DNA from: a virus
Taxonomy: Duplodnaviria; Caudoviricetes
DNA length: 34,421 nt
Strand: one strand, 5' to 3'
IMG/VR virus record: IMGVR_UViG_3300032212_000102
Location: 1 to 34,421 of that record
Positions 33,894 through 34,421 of this stretch are shown in pieces. Under the pieces are notes generated by a model. The model had not been told where the DNA came from. It ran no database searches and saw only the letters and a program-made list of their open reading frames with translations. Position 1 is the first letter of the stretch. Each line of letters opens with the position of its first letter. Position numbers and translations under genes: made by a program.

Positions 33894-34079
33894 ATGAGCC
33901 AACCAGTAAAAATCGAATTTAATCTTATGGATGATTGCGGCGACTCAGTTCAAATGATGAATTTATGGGAGCAAGTATTTAGGCAATACGGGGCGAACCT
34001 GCCGAGGCGTGAAAGCAAAGCGGCTATTGATTGGTTTACTTCTTATGTTAATGCAAACATAGAACAGAATAACGTATAG
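33894..34079 (+). CDS. Hypothetical protein
   Basis: Preceded by repeat copy 2. Confidence 0.75.
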   Translation: MSQPVKIEFNLMDDCGDSVQMMNLWEQVFRQYGANLPRRESKAAIDWFTSYVNANIEQNNV

Positions 34080-34087
34080 GAGAGAGC

Positions 34088-34255
34088 ATGAAAACGCTTT
34101 GGTGGAAAATTAGGTTTGCATATTTTATGTGGCGGCGTACACGTTCATGGAAATCTAATTGGATGATGGCTGGCGCATGGGTAGAGCAAATGGATTGGCA
34201 AGATGAATCACCGCTTGATTGCGTAGATGAAGAATTAAGCTACTGGAGTTATTAA
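34088..34255 (+). CDS. Trp-rich 55-aa hypothetical protein (not in the ORF track)
   Basis: MKTLWWKIRFAYFMWRR...PLDCVDEELSYWSY; preceded by repeat copy 3. Confidence 0.7.
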   Translation: MKTLWWKIRFAYFMWRRTRSWKSNWMMAGAWVEQMDWQDESPLDCVDEELSYWSY

Positions 34256-34294
34256 CCCCAATAACGTAAGAGGGATAGATATGAAACCAGAAAC

Positions 34295-34421
34295 GATAAA
34301 GGCTATTTAAACAGATAGAAGGTAAATAGATATGAGTGTAACGGAACAGGCGGAAGCCGACGACATGCTTCTAAAACAAGCGCGTACCATTAAAGAGCTA
34401 CAGGACAAGCTATTTATTTTA
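34295..34421. repeat. Terminal direct repeat, copy 2
   Basis: Identical to 1..127. Confidence 0.9.

Larger units (their letters stand above)
33666..34268 (+). repeat. Start-associated repeat AATAACGTA(TAGGAGA), four copies
   Basis: Copies at 33666, 33873, 34068 and 34260; copies 1 and 3 identical over 23 bp; copies 2 and 4 share AACCCCAATAACGTA. Confidence 0.9.

Noticed and set aside
33666-34268. Repeats as a CRISPR array or integron attC sites
   Set aside because: The intervals are ~190-210-bp protein-coding genes, the repeats are non-palindromic and contain the RBS, and there are no cas or intI genes.
34295-34421. 127-bp terminal repeat as a biological DTR
   Set aside because: The length equals a common assembler k-mer and it cuts through an ORF; better explained as circular overlap. 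Read-end analysis would be needed to show real termini.

Overview
The window is an apparently complete, circular or circularly permuted dsDNA podophage genome of about 34,294 bp; bases 1-127 recur exactly at 34295-34421, which looks like an assembler overlap. The host is probably a proteobacterium, inferred from a CsrA homologue, sigma70-type promoters and an M15 endolysin. Two divergent arms start at about 30824-30952. The + arm carries ERF, a YqaJ-type exonuclease, CsrA and many small genes. The long - arm carries a Cro-like regulator, nucleases, a short replication-initiator-like protein, TerS/TerL, a T7/BPP-1-like virion block (portal, scaffold, capsid, tail tubular A/B, internal virion proteins, tail fibre), and a holin-like/M15 endolysin/class-3 lipase lysis block. 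I recognise no integrase, CI repressor, polymerase, helicase, tRNA or CRISPR array. The most notable observations are: (1) a zeta-toxin-like P-loop kinase domain fused into a predicted internal virion (ejection) protein, whose gene appears split by a ~4.4-kb LamG/structural cassette; (2) a Fur-box-overlapped promoter driving a predicted two-hairpin antisense sRNA; (3) phage CsrA followed by CCA-ended hairpins and a run of small genes sharing a repeated GGA-containing leader; (4) tandem LamG modules bounded by identical DNA repeats; (5) a lipase in a lysis cassette with no recognisable spanin. All family calls come from reading motifs by eye; no searches were run.
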